Assembly: GCF_018350175.1 (NCBI RefSeq)
Contig: NC_058368.1
Span: 5,580,001 to 5,644,000 of the forward strand
Reading direction: 5' to 3'
DNA: 64,000 nt
Origin: Felis catus
Lineage: Eukaryota
Part shown: positions 1 to 13,560 of the stretch, piece by piece
Position numbering within the stretch: position 1 is the stretch's first letter
How the letters are laid out: the number at the start of each line of letters is the position of its first letter
The notes under the pieces: generated by a model
The model's database searches: none
What the model was told of the DNA's origin: nothing
The model's input: the letters and a program-made list of their open reading frames with translations, nothing else
Program-made: the position numbers and the translations under genes

Positions 1-1239
1 TGAATTCTGGAATTGTTCCCAGATGTTAATAATTAATTGTGTTGTATATAATGTTCAGGTTAAATTATGTATTATCTTATTTAGTGGAAGTCTAAGATTG
101 ACAAGTATCTGTAGCAAGACAGGATATTTTGAGAATTTAACTACTCATAAAACACGTATCATGCAGTAATTAGCGCCTTCAGCAAGTGTTGGTGCTCTAT
201 TTCGTATTCTGGGTGTTTTGGCAAGATTGAAAAATGTTTCTGCTACTAGTTAAACTGTTACTCTGAAATCATGAATATACACACTTAAAATAGACAAGTT
301 AGCTGTACCAATACCTTAAAATTATACTGAGTAAGTAATATTCTATTCTAAGTATTAATAATGCCAAAACTGGGCAAAGGCAATAGAATGGCCACCATAG
401 TAGCTTGATTGCTATGAATTTATTAAGAAAATATTACTTGTTCCTTTTCAAAATAATAGCCACAAACAAAGAAAAGAGGGAAGAGAAAGGAAAAAATGCT
501 CAAGGATGGTTTTCCACATGAACCTCCAAGTTTAATTGACCAACATCATTCTGCCTTATCTTAGCAACTTCGTGAGGCCTGGGACCGATGGGTGTTATCC
601 ACAGAGAGAAGTGATGCTCCTAACGTGTCTCCCATTTTAATTCATTCATAGCTAAGCCTACTGAAGCAGCTCTCAATCTGGGGCCTTTGAGGGAGGTGCC
701 GCTGCTAAGGGCCAGAAGTTCACGGCTGGGAACACTGCATGTCACAGCTGGGACAGAGGGCAGAGTGGGGTGGGTGCTTTTACAAAGTATGGCATGATTT
801 TACCTTTTAGCGCATTATGCAGTTTGGCTCTGATGGGACAGACAGGGTTGTTGGGCTGGCGTGACCTCGTCTGTAACCTCCTTCCCCGTGGCCACTCTCC
901 ATGGTGGTTCTGGAGGTGGCTGTGTGATCTTGTTCTGGTCTGTCGTGTGTAAGTGGAAGTCTCTGGGTGGGACTTCCAGAAGTGCCTGGCCCGTGAATAA
1001 ATATTTACTCAGGGTTGAAGTAAATGAAGTATAAACCTTAAGTACCGGTTATGAAATTTAATACAAAGTGCCTTTTCTTTGCTTCTGTCTATTGCCCCTG
1101 AGCTGTAGACGTTGCTGTCATGCCAAAGCCCATCCCCGGATTTCTTGCGTCCTCCTTGCACAGGCTCCCTCACTGGATCACTTCTGTTCCTGTTGATGTG
1201 ATGGGTGTCTGTTTACTAATATAGCAGATGTTTTTCTTA

Positions 1240-1800
1240 TCTAAAACTCTCCCCCGAGCTTCAGCCTTGTACTTTGGATTTCCTCCTGGAGAGCCCACAG
1301 GTACTACATATTTCACATGCCCCCAACGTGAGCTCATCTACTGCCCTCCCATCACCAAGCCTCACATCTAATCACGATCATCGCTGTGACTCCAGTCTCC
1401 CTTCAGAAGACTCTCTGAATCACCTGCGGCTGCCACTCCATATTAATCCCCTCAAACAGGACTTCTCAGTATCTTTCTCTAAGAGTGTTCCCAGCTGTGA
1501 TTCCTTCCCTTCATGCCTCTCGAGTCTGCCTCCTACACTTTTCTATTAGGTAAACTTCCAGAACGGCAAGTGGCCTGTGTCCCATTCCTGCCGAAATGCA
1601 GTTGTCCTGGGCTCCTGGTTGGCCTGAACGAGCACGTGCTCGAGTGGAAAGTCCTCCTGGGAACCTAGGAAGACCCCACCCCCCCAGGAATCCATTGCCA
1701 GAGCTCACTTCCAGGGCACGCTCCTGCCCTGCCCCCCTCTCCATAGCCAACATGAAAAGCATACATCTCGCCTCTTCAGAAGCTCACTGTGGGGCATGCT
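1240..1800 (+). mobile_element. Degenerate L2 fragment
   Basis: Pyrimidine-rich decayed sequence resembling recalled L2 ORF2/3' region; orientation and limits approximate. Confidence 0.4.
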
Positions 1801-3264
1801 CCATGGTACGAAAAGATGTCAGCCACAAACCCAGGAGACTGCATTTATTGAAAAAATAAACCCCCACCTCTTCTACCCCACACAGTGGTCAGCAACACAC
1901 GGCTCCTGAAGAATTATCCAGAGAGCATCTCAGTAAGAAGCAGAGAAGGCGACTGTCCCATATTTCATGTAGATGCCATATTCATGACAATGCTCTGTTC
2001 CTCCCATTGATCTGTACCGGTGCCTGGAAGCCCAGAAGTGGCGTGGTCATCGTGGATATGGCTATGAACATGTCTATTTCAAGTGCAAATTGAAGCCAGA
2101 ATTTTTTTCTGATGTAACCAGTTAGTTGAAAAGTGAAGGTAGGTGTTGGCAGTCAGGTTTCAGTGACTCTGTCCTACACCCAGAGAACCTCGTGCACGGA
2201 GAAAGCAATACAAGGTGGCCCTGTGTGGTCAGAGGAAACTGTTTTGTCAAACAATCATGTAATAGCAATAGTGTATTAAAAGCGAAAAAGGTTCTTATTT
2301 TTCCCCAAAGTTTTATTGTGTCGGGTGAAAAAGGTATATCTAAATGAAACCATAGCAGGGATAGAAGCTACCTGAAAATTCTTGGTATAGCCTTGGGGTG
2401 TACTTCCTAGAAGTTACGAAAGAATTACTCTGGTGAACAGGTAACAAAATCCTCTACAAGTCTATGTTTTTTGTTTCTTTGCCTTCGGAAAACTTCAAAA
2501 AGGACTAATCAAGATGTCAGCAGATAGATTATTTCCAATAACATTCGTATTAGAGCACCGTTTTCTTCTTTGGCAAGTGGCTCAGAGATCCAAAGTACTG
2601 ATGGATATTGCTCTCACAAAACTTTGCATTCTCATTTACTATGTGAGTTCTATTTCTCGGGACTTCAATCTGTAGAACAGACATGATGCAATGACAATAT
2701 TCTTCCACCGTTACATAAACTAACGGGCTGAGAGGGGACCCAGCTCCATCTCTCTCATTAAAAGATGCATTTCCAGCAAAATTTTATTTATTATTTAATG
2801 ATTATCAAAATGTGTAATTTTGTATCAATTATATACCGCTAGCAATCGTGATGAAAACTAAATCCAGAACTCTTTAGCACTTAGAGCTATATAGCCGCAG
2901 AAAATTAAAAGAAAATTCATTGTAATTTCTATTCTTGTGCAGTGTGATAGGGTGATCAATACCAGACTTTAAAACAAAAATACATTAAATTTGGGTTAAA
3001 TTGTATCTGAGTCAAGTGGAATGGAAAACAAGTTCAAGACAACAAGAGTGATGTAAACTTTGTGACTATTAAAAAAGTATTTGTAGATTTCTTAAAGTGG
3101 ATTGTAATGGGCATCCACTTGTGGTACTTAGAATCCATTGAGTAGGTTAAAAAAGATTACATTTATTGTAAAATGCCAATCTTTACATATGCCAGAAATT
3201 ATATCCTTTGCAACTACTTGTCCTTGTCATTAGAAAATTTACACGACCTTAAAAATGTATCGAG

Positions 3265-4846
3265 ACCAAAGCAATCTACAGAGTCAATGAAATCGCTATC
3301 AAAATCCCAATGACATTTTTTTTGCAGAAGTAGGAAAACTCATCCTAAAATTCTTGTGGAATCTAAAGGGACCTCACATAGCCACAGCAATCTTGAAAAG
3401 GGAGGACAAAGTTGGGGGAATCATACTTCCTAATTTCATACCTTGCTGCAAAGCTACAATAATTACAATAGTGTGGTAGCAGCATAAAGACAGGTATATA
3501 GAGCAATGGAATAGAGAGCCCAGAAAAAAACCCTTACATATATGGCCAAATGATTTTTGGCAAGGATGCCAAAACCTTCCAACAAGGGAAGGACCATCTG
3601 TTCAACAAATGGTGCAAGGAAAACCACATGCAAAAGAAAATTGGATCCTTACCTTACACCATATAGGTGTAACTCAAAGTGGATCAAAGAGCTAAATATG
3701 AGAACTGAAACTATGAAACTCATAGAAGAAAACATAGAAGGAAAACATGACATTGGATTTGGCAATGATTTCTTAGATGTGGCACCAAAAGCACAGACAA
3801 CTAAAGAAAATACAGATAAATTGGGCTTCCTCAAAATCAAAATTTTTGTGCATCAAAAGATACTGTTAATAGAGTGAAAAGGCAACCCACAGAATGGGAG
3901 AAAATATTTGTAAATCATGTATCTGACAAAGGAGCAATATCTAGTATATATAAAGAACTCCTACAACTCAAGAAGAAAGAGAGAAGAAACAAGAAGAAAA
4001 CCTAATCCAAAAATTATTAAAGGACTTGAGTAGACATTTTTCCAGAGAAGGTATATAAATGGCCAAGAAGCACATGAAAAGATGCTCAACATAAGGAAAT
4101 GCAACTCAGAATCACAATGAGATGCCAATTCACATCCATTAGGATGTCTACTATTTAAAAAAGAAAGAAAGAAAGAAACAGAAACAGGAGATAGCAAGTG
4201 CTGGTGAAGACATAGAGAAATTGAACATTGTGCCTCGCAGGTGGGAAAATAAAAAGGTCCAGCCACTGTGGGAGACAGTATGGAGGAACCTCAAAAATTA
4301 AACACAGAACTGCCTTATAATCCAGCAAGTCTACCTCTGGAAATATACCCCAAAGAATTGAAAACAAGTACTCAAACAAATGTTTGAATACTGGGGTTCA
4401 TAGGTACGTTATTTACGGTAGCCAAAAGGTGGAAGCAACCCAAGTATCCATCAATGGATGAACAGCTAAGCCAAATTCTGCATATATGTGCAATGAAATA
4501 TTATGTGGCCTTAAAAAGGAATGCAATTCTGATCATCGCTACAACGTGTCTTGAAAAAATTATGTTGACAGATACAAGGCAGACACAAAAGGACAAATAC
4601 TGCACGATTCCACTTACATGAAGTAACGTGAATGGTTACATTTATAGAAACTGGATGTAGAAGAGCAGTTACCAGAGGCAAGAGGGAGGGAAAATGAGCT
4701 GTTACTGTGGATGGGAAATTCTAGAGATAGAAGGTGGTGATGGTTTTACAACAGTGTGAATGTACTTAATACCCCTGAATTTTACACTTAAAAATGGTTA
4801 AAGTGGTAAATACGAAGTTATGTATATTTTACCACAATAAATAAAT
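3265..4846 (+). mobile_element. 5'-truncated LINE-1 (L1MB-like), 3' part of ORF2 plus 3' UTR
   Basis: Remnant peptide KLDPYLTPY..NSKWIKELN...IGFGNDFLD is L1 ORF2; ends ...tatattttaccacaataaataaa; multiple frameshifts. Confidence 0.92.
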
Positions 4847-6683
4847 ATTAAGAGACTTTTTCAGATTTGCAGCTACACTTAGGCAATATATGCATAACTG
4901 TTCACATGTTTGAATAACACCTGTCTAGTATCCTTCACAGTCTGAACCCAGCCCTCTCCTCTCACTTCATTTTCTTTGTAGCCACCTGGAAATTCACATC
5001 TGCTACAATTATGTACCTGTAAGGCCCTTTGTCCCCCCACCGATTTGATTAATGGAATCTGATACTCCCCCAAGTACCCACCACCTTCCAAAAAAGGTTC
5101 TTCCCATAGAGAGAACCCATCTCTGCGTCTATTGTGTTCCCAAAGAACTTCTCCATACCTTTGATCCGTCCCAAACCTGTCCTCAACCAGACCGAATTCT
5201 TTAAGGGCCAGGATGTTGCATGCTTCGGCTTTGTGACTCCCACGCATAGCACAGAACATAATTTGGAGCAGGATCTTAGTAAATAGTCCGGTAACTGAAC
5301 TTCTAAAAACATACGTGATTCTTTCCTTGTAATTCTCCTCTGAGAGAGAAGGCAGACCTTTTCCCCACTTCCCAGAACAAGAAAATCAGCAAATGCCACA
5401 CCTCGCTCGAGCTACAGGCGTCAGGTGGCTGACAGGGATGGAGGAAAACATCACAAACCTGCCTTCTTACGACCGGGTCTGTGGAGCCAGGCACTAAATC
5501 TTATCGTCAATATGTTAAGAACATTACTTTATTGGCTATAAAACCCATGTTTTTGAATATTCGCCATAGGTTTTGTCCATAAACGAAATGATCTTCTACA
5601 TATTTCTGCTACCCCTTCCATAATAAGCCCCCTGCCGCTGTTCCAACGCCACAGTTTGGAAACAACTGTGTCATTAATGAACGATACCAGATCCTAACCA
5701 ATGACCTCCAGATGAAAGGCTCATTATTCCATTACTGGTCTCCAGAGCTGTTTTGTCCCCTAACACTGTAGTACAGAATTTAGACTGAAGAGTTTAAGCC
5801 TTGAACTATAAAAAAAAAAAAAAAATGTAAGTAGTCCTTGACATAATTTGGAGTGATTAAATTCTATTGTGCCAAGAATTCCTTATTAAAAATCAATTTA
5901 ATTGTGCGTATACCATCTGGTCGGTATTATGGTCTTTTATGGGAAGGAACCATGATTTTGTATTTACCTGATGTTCTGTTGGATAAGCATGTAATTTTGT
6001 AAAAAGGGAGAATGTTGTGGCCCTGGAAAATTAGTAATTAAAGAAACTTTAAAGGTGTTTACTAGACTTCACTTTTGTGATGTTTGAGCTATAAGATTTA
6101 ATATTTTAGGATTTTAATGGAAAAGAAAATGTTAAAGTAGGAAATGTTTATGTGCACATCATATGCTACATTTATTTGCCTGAATAATTTTTATCATATA
6201 TTTTTGAAACTCGAGTTCCCTTAAACATAACTTAGATTGTCACGTCAGTATTTGTGTTGTCTTTTTATTCAAAGAATTTGGATAATGGATGGTGAGAAGT
6301 TTGCCTTTGATTGTCTACTAGCTTGGTTGGAAGTATATTAGTAAAAGATTGCCACAGTTTAGCTCACAATATTGCAGGAAAATGTTTCAAACCGGAGCGA
6401 CTGCATTTTGTTGTACAAAATGGGGAAGTTTTTTGCCGCCTGTTTTTCAAAAACACTTTACACCCTAATGTAAACAGGATCCTTTAGTTTCCTTACATAG
6501 CACTAGAGGCTTAAGATTTGGGTCATTTCCTTAAGTTTTTGGTCTGCTTATGTGCTTGTGGATGTGAAGCGGTTTGTTCATGTTACAATCTTCAAACGTC
6601 AGCGTTGTAAATTAGCAGCCATAAACATTGATTCAATTCTGAATTGCCTTAACTTCGATGTCAAAAAAAAAAAAATCACTTGT

Positions 6684-6873
6684 GGGGCACCTGGGTGACT
6701 CAGTGGGTTGAACGTCTGACTCTTGATTTAAGCTCAGGTCATGATCCCAGGATCGTGGGATCGAGCCCCACATTGGGCTCCACGCTGAGCAGAGAGCCTT
6801 CTTAAGATTTCTTCATCTCTCTCTGTCTCCCCAGTTTACGCTCTCTCACTCCCTCTCTATTAAAACAAAAAAA
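6684..6873 (+). mobile_element. Carnivore SINE (CanSINE/SINEC), older subfamily
   Basis: ggggcacctgggtgactcag head, CT-rich segment, A tail. Confidence 0.9.
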
Positions 6874-7508
6874 CCAACCTTGTTATATAGGGCCTAGTGT
6901 TGACAGCTACCTATTTGGTATCAGCCATAACATCTCTAATCTTCCCTGTGCCCTGATTTCCTCATTTGTGAAACAGGCGCATTGCCTGCTTGCTAAGCTT
7001 GCTATGAGGTTTAAACGAGATAGCCATTTGGAATGTTGTGAAAATTCTTGGCACAGAACGTTTGTTAGCTTCTATCATCATCCAAAATACCAAAATGACC
7101 ATCCTGCAGTGTGTGGTTTTCTTTCCATTTGTTTATTAAAAGAAAATGAAGCTAGGGGTTCAGAAAGTTGCTTGTGCACCCGTAGCAATTAAGTGCTCCA
7201 ATGAGGATGAAATCTGTTCGGTCAGTTCCATGATCTGTCCTGTACTCCCTCTCAGCGACCTCTCCCCTTTCATGTTAAATGTTAATATTCTGCACGTATT
7301 CATTTATTGAGTACCTGCACCGTTGCTAGATTCTGAGTATGTAGTAACCAGTGGGATCTTTGCAGTTCTCTGGCTTCATACGTCTTACCGATGGGGTAGT
7401 AGACGGGCAAGAGCGCAACAGAAGCTATAGGACATAACAAGCCAACGGAGAAACGAACGTGGGACAGTGATAGAGAATGACAAGGTCTTTCCTGCTATGT
7501 AATTCTTT

Positions 7509-7731
7509 TTTTTTTTAATTTTTTTTTTCAACGTTTATTTATTTTGGGGACAGAGAGAGACAGAGCATGAACGGGGGAGGGGCAGAGAGAGAGGGAGACA
7601 CAGAATCGGAAACAGGCTCCAGGCTCTGAGCCATCAGCCCAGAGCCCGACGCGGGGCTCGAACTCACGGACCGCGAGATCGTGACCTGGCTGAAGTCGGA
7701 CGCTTAACCGACTGCGCCACCCAGGCGCCCC
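7509..7731 (-). mobile_element. Young felid SINE (SINEC_Fc-like)
   Basis: Full-length, CpGs intact; 18-bp TSD cctgctaYgtaattcttt (7491-7508 / 7732-7749). Confidence 0.96.
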
Positions 7732-7943
7732 CCTGCTACGTAATTCTTTAATGTAACACTGATTTGTTGGAATAATAATAGAGATGTCTAAAGAAAAATA
7801 ATTTCCCCTCCTCTGCCTCTGTTGCTGCCCAGGCGTTCACTAGGAGCAGTTTAGCTGGGCTACCTTTCCTTGCGCTCATACAAACATGCATAATTGTATG
7901 GCGTTTTTCTCGGGATTTTACCAAAAAATGGATTTTCTACACA

Positions 7944-8030
7944 GGCTTAGTCAGTAGAGCATGTGACTCTTGATCTCACTGCTGTGATTTCAAGCCCTAC
8001 GTTGGGTGTGGAGACTACTTAAAAAAAATT
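7944..8030 (+). mobile_element. Short tRNA-Lys-derived carnivore SINE lacking the CT region
   Basis: Colinear with tRNA-Lys(CTT) (..tcagtagagcatgtgactcttgatctca..ttcaagccctacgttgggtg), A tail, degenerate TSD tggattttctacaca/tggatcctatacaca. Confidence 0.75.
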
Positions 8031-8310
8031 TTTTTTTAAACTGGATCCTATACACATTACTTCATAACTTTCTTTTCGTTTATTTGCCCTAAAAAGCCCT
8101 TTGAAGTTGTATGAGTGTGTGGTGTTTGCCGCTAACCTTGTACCTGTCCAGGACCTATCCAGAGAACATTCTCCAAAGATTTTAGAGCTGAAGCCTTGCC
8201 CATTTATTACAGTAGTTGCTATTTAATGCTGACCACTCGATCCCATAATTCATTGGACTGAAGACACTTGCGGGGAAAGTTTTTGGAGTATCTTGCTGTT
8301 ACTACTGTTA

Positions 8311-8544
8311 TTTTTTTTTTTAAGTTTTCTTTATTTTGAGAGAGAGCACAAGCAAGGGAGGGGCAGAGAGAGAGGGAGAAAGAGAGAATCCCAAGCTGCT
8401 CTGCACTGTCAGCGTGTGGAGCCTGACGTGGGGCTCGAACGCATGAACCATGAGATCATGGCCTGAGCCGAAATCAAGAGTCGCTTAACCTAATGAGTTA
8501 AGTCGGTTAAGGACTCTTCACTGATTGAGCCACCTAGGCATCCC
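8311..8544 (-). mobile_element. Carnivore SINE with internal fold-back rearrangement
   Basis: TSD ctgttactactgtt (8296-8309 / 8545-8558); SINE head and tail recognisable. Confidence 0.92.
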
Positions 8545-8556
8545 CTGTTACTACTG

Positions 8557-8574
8557 TTGTTGTGGTTGTTATCA

Positions 8575-8615
<41 letters not shown>

Positions 8616-8625
8616 GCCATTATTA
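8557..8625. repeat. Compound (TTG)/(TCA)/(TTA)n trinucleotide microsatellite
   Basis: Directly visible; gives the poly-Asn ORF 8490-8687. Confidence 0.95.
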
Positions 8626-10615
8626 TTTCTGATAACTCTAGCTCTACAATAGCATCCCTGATTTTTTCCCCTTGATCTCCTGTCCACCTACCTACCTGTC
8701 TACTGACCCATCTATTTATTTTGCCTTTTCTTTTGTCAATCTATTTCTTTGGCATACATTCCTTCATTTACATACCCATAGATGTAACATTTCAAAAGAT
8801 AAGTGCTTTTATAGACTTGCTACATTCACAGCCTAATAAAGACCTTCAGGGGCTTTTCTTCCCTATGCCTTTTGCTTTGTTTCCTTTTTGCTTTCCACTA
8901 TTAACAACACTGAAAACCAGGCAGTGTTTCTACATACAGGTGCTTTTATTTATGAGAATAAATAGAATTTTTAGACGAAGTATATGCTTGTTTTTTATCT
9001 TAATACACATTGCCAGATGAAATTCCAGAAAGATTGTGACACTCTGACTTTTAAGCAGGGTATCTTTAATGCCAGTTAATCAGCTCAGACCTGATGTGCA
9101 AACCGGTAGATGATGATGTCATTGCCACTTCAGCAACAAACCATATGGCTGATTCATTTAATTATTCCCTCTCGGGTACTTTTCCCGTGTCAGTCCTCTA
9201 CCACGGGTCTTAGAAGAACAGGGTAAACCGAGGAACAGGTCCCCCCTTTCCCAAGTGAGGCAATCCTCTAAGTATGTCGGCTGTTAGCTGAGAACCTGAG
9301 TGCAGCAGGTCCGGCCCGCTGAGATCGTGCAACGCGGCCAGGACCTCTAGACGGGAGTCTGTGCAATTAGCCAAGACGGTTACTGCGTTTTTGGCAGTGA
9401 AGCAGCAGTTAAAGCAAAGAAGGATCTTTTTCCAAGAAGGAAAAGCCATTTAATAAGTTTGAGTCAGTTTGCTCGTAACAGCGCTGCATTTGAGGACCAA
9501 AAACCCCAGGAGCTTGGCAAGTCACAGTGCTTGGCTGATGTTCCCACCAACTCACCAAGTCTGAGGCCAGCCAGGCAGAACCTGGCTCCCTGTGCTTTGC
9601 CTGTATTCATTTAGTAACATTCCTAGTTAACAAGAACGTAAAGGCGGAGGAATCTTGCTCCCCATTAATCCAGAAGAGTGAAATGTAGTGGCTCTAAGCA
9701 AGCCGTGGTCCAGGGAGCTGTACATCGGAGGGGGGACATCGGGCCATCTGTTTGCACTGAGGGCTGTGTGTTGAGTGCATGTAGCTTGGAGCTTGTGGTC
9801 CCACCAAAAATGGCATTGATGTTTAGGAACTGGGCAGTGCTTGCTTTTTTGTACATGAATTTACCATTTGTGTACGGGTGCCCGGCGTGAAAGTCTGATT
9901 TTGTGCTGTGTCAGGGAACCACGGTGTACCAGTCTCATGAACGAATGAAACAGAAACTAAGTATGCTCGTATAAATTATTTGAAAACGCTGTGTGTTCTC
10001 ATACTTTTTCCGTTTCACCTAGGGAACTCTTGCCAAAACGAAATCAAGTTTGAGCCTTTACCACGTAAGGGAACACCAGCTCGTGGGTTTTGAAATTAGG
10101 GGATGGATTTTTGTTTGTTTGTTTCGTTTATTTTGGTTTCACTTTTTTTTATTTTCTCCGCCAACTACTTCCAATGAAATAAACAGGTCCAATGGTGTAA
10201 TGATGGATCATTTGAATGAAGGTTGAAATTGAATTGGAAATGTTGAGAATGAGCTTGTTTGTACGTTTCAAAACTGCATCACCGCCTGCAACTGATAAAA
10301 ATTAGCACAAACATAGCAAAAATCTTTAAGGAGACGTGTGGCCAAGCCAGTGCCAACCTGGACAGAATCGGAGCCCTGTTTAAAGGGAGTATCCCCACAT
10401 TCAACTAACCAAGGACGTTAGTCTGAAGTAAAGATTACAATTTTTCACATGGTTCAGGATCGCTTGGAACAAAGGTTAATGCCAGGAAAGAGAAGGTCGA
10501 TTTCTCAGGACTTTTCCCCCTTATTGTATATTTTCCGCAACGTGAGTGTCTTAGTTACACGAAATTCACTCTCAGTCTTTAGGGTGATTCCTCATTAGTG
10601 ATTTATAAAGTTAGG

Positions 10616-10828
10616 GGGGCCTGGGTGGCGCAGTCGGTTAAGCGTCCGACTTCAGCCAGGTCACGATCTCGCGGTCCGTGAGTTCGAGCCCCGCGTCGGG
10701 CTCTGGGCTGATGGCTCAGAGCCTGGAGCCTGTTTCCGATTCTGTGTCTCCCTCTCTCTCTGCCCCTCCCCCGTTCATGCTCTGTCTCTCTCTGTCCCAA
10801 AAATAAATAAACGTTAAAAAAAAAAATT
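10616..10828 (+). mobile_element. Young felid SINE (SINEC_Fc-like)
   Basis: Near-identical to the reverse complement of 7509-7731; TSD taaagttagg (10606-10615 / 10829-10838). Confidence 0.96.
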
Positions 10829-11109
10829 TAAAGTTAGGTTTCTGACATAAGGATCTACCTTTGTGAAGTTCTGGATTCATATCCGGTGCTGCGGTGGCCT
10901 CTCGAGAACAGCGCCTGTGGTTCAAGGCCAGGGGAGAGTTCCCCAAAAAGAAGTGAAGCTTTTTTCATCCATACCCTGTCAACACAAATATAAGCATGGC
11001 TTCGCGTAGTCTGTCACGTATCATTGTTTTGCTTCTAATAAACATCTGTTTACATCGAGATTTCTAAGTTGTATCAGTTTGACCTAATAAATGTATTTTT
11101 CATCCAGTA

Positions 11110-11292
11110 GTGGCACTGTTAACATTTTGGACCAGGTAATTCTTTGTTGTAGGGAGCTGTCCTGGGCACAGTAGGATATTTAGCCGAATCTTTCGCCTCT
11201 ACCCGTGAGATGCCAATAGAACCCTTACAGAGGTCTGCAGACATTGTCAGTGTCCTTAGAGACAAAAATCAATCCTAGCTGAGAATTACCGC
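11110..11292 (-). mobile_element. MER20 (hAT-Charlie non-autonomous DNA transposon)
   Basis: Reverse complement matches recalled MER20 (..aaagaattacctggtccaaaatgttaacagtgcc); homologous to 37069-37268. Confidence 0.8.
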
Positions 11293-11571
11293 TTGAAATA
11301 GTTATGTAAATGAAACATGAACATGTTTTTAAAACGTTGGGACTGGTACAAGAGGTAGGAGACGCCACACCACCTGTTGAAGAACACTGCTACTACCAGA
11401 AGATAATGGATATTAAGTTTCTTATGTGACCTCCAGAAAGTTACCATGTAAAATCTGTGCCGTACCGTCTATTCTGTACTGTCGTGACCTTTCAGCATAT
11501 ACTTTGATATTTTTCATTTTAATACATCCATGAGACTTTGGTATTAAAGCACTTACAGTTTTATATTACTC

Positions 11572-11777
11572 TTTTTTAATGTTTTATTTTTTATTTTTGA
11601 GAGAGACAGAATGCACACAAGTTATGGGGGAGGGCCGAGGGAGACCAGGTTGGAGGATCCAAAGCGGGCTCCACACTGACAGCAGTGAACCCAGTGTGGG
11701 GCTTGAACTCACGAACTGTGAGATCATGACCTGAGCTGAAGTTGGATGCCCAACTGACTGAGCCACCCAGGCACCCC
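11572..11777 (-). mobile_element. Carnivore SINE
   Basis: T tail, AG-rich segment, ..tgagccacccaggcacccc end. Confidence 0.92.
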
Positions 11778-11779
11778 TC

Positions 11780-13560
11780 ACATTATTCTTTCTAACGTCT
11801 GCACAGTGTCGCATTGTTACAGATGAACCATAATTCATTTAGCTGTCAGTGCACAATGTAGGTTCTAATTTTTTTATCCTTCCGAATACCACAGTAAACC
11901 TGCTTGTATTTTCATGTTGAATACTATGTGATTACAGATATAAGATACAATCCAGAGTATATCCCTAAAAATGGAACCCCTAGGTCAGAGGAAAAGTACA
12001 TTAAATGTATTTGTGGACAGTGCTCTCTACGTTAGCATCTGGCTATGAGGGTAGCTATTTCCCCACATTATCAAACTTTTAAATCTTTGCGCGTGATATC
12101 CCTGTGTTTATATCATAAAAAGTGAGATTTCCTGTATTTATAAGTTGTTTTTTGTCCACCATGATCACATTGTATCTGTTCTTTGCCTATTTTCCTAACA
12201 GCTTATTGGGCATTTTCTTTCCCATTTGTAGGAACTCTTTATGTATTAAGGAAATTAGTCCTTTGTCTTCATAGATGTTACAAAAAAGTTTGAACTAGTT
12301 ATTCCTTTTCTTTCAAGTTTATTAATATTTTTTCTATACAAATTGTTTCAAATTTAGCCCTCCTTTTGTACAATTTCTGAGTTTAAGGTCTCCAGAGAGT
12401 TTCACATACGAAAGCACTTTTTCCCCCCTGTTTTCTCTTAATTCTTTGAATTTCGTTTTTTATGTTGAAATAGGCCATCCGTAATTAACTTGAGTATACA
12501 GAGTGAGAGCAAAATACCGCATAATTTTTTTCTAAATAGTATATCATGCTGTGAACAAAATTACTTCATATTTGGGTGCAAAACACTAAAACTAGATTCA
12601 TACTTGGTGTTTGCAAAGAACCAAGGAGAAGCCATGCTGTCAGGATAGCAGGCAAAGACCTTCCTGGTCTGTAGGGCTTTGGAAGTCAGGGTTGTGAATT
12701 GGTGATTATTCAAATAGTATCTCTTTCACATGTTACTCTGTACACAGCACATATTTTAATTTTTTTTTAATCCACCAGGCATTAAAATTTTTTTGTATTA
12801 TTAATACAACAGACACACTTAGTATTACTTCCGTCATCGTGTTTTCATCGTGTTTTGGGCTCTTAATGTTTCCTTTGTTTCTGTCTTTGCCTGAGATTCT
12901 TGTCATGCTTTGTTTTGCTCAGGACGTGTCAGCATTCCCACTGACCTCCGGTATTGTCTACTGCTGGAGAGGAATGATCTTTCCCCTTGTAGGTTAACTG
13001 CTTTTTCTGCCAAAATGTAATAAGAATCGATCTTTCAAAATTTTAACCCGTTAATTGACATATCAGAATGTGGGTAGCTGTGGATCTCTCTTTATCTGTG
13101 GTTTTGTTTCCTGGAGACAAATGGTGCTCACTCTGTTGGCTGAGCAAGGTATTGGAATATTTCAGAATTTTTCTTTTATTGTATCTTCGAACATTTTATT
13201 CTCTATCCTACTTGTTCCTTTATGTTTTTTTTAAGGTACACCCTTTTGGAATTTTCCAGTTATCTTTGAAAGATTGTCAGCTCTTACAATGAACGTTAAC
13301 CTTTTGTGCTTTGACATTTGTTCTCCCAAGCCCTCCCCACCGCCATCCGTAGGTGTGCTGTGGGCACTTGCAGTTCTGGGTGCCTCCCCCTTTATAAAGT
13401 GCCTTTAACCTGCAACATTGACTTTGTCTTACTTGCTTCCTCCTTTGATAGCTTATACATCTTACTTTAGCTCTTGTTTCAACGAAAAGCCACATTTTCT
13501 TTAGCTCTTTTATGCCTATCAAGAACATTCAAGATATTCTTCTGCCCTGTGACCTGGTTT
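11780..13560 (-). mobile_element. Very old antisense L1-class remnants (L1ME/HAL1-like), fragmented
   Basis: T-rich decayed sequence with motifs resembling antisense old L1; limits uncertain. Confidence 0.4.

Noticed and set aside
3557..3877. 106-aa ORF with L1 ORF2 similarity
   Set aside because: Frameshifted remnant of a truncated old L1, not a gene.
8490..8687. Poly-Asn ORF
   Set aside because: Translation of the (TTA)n microsatellite.
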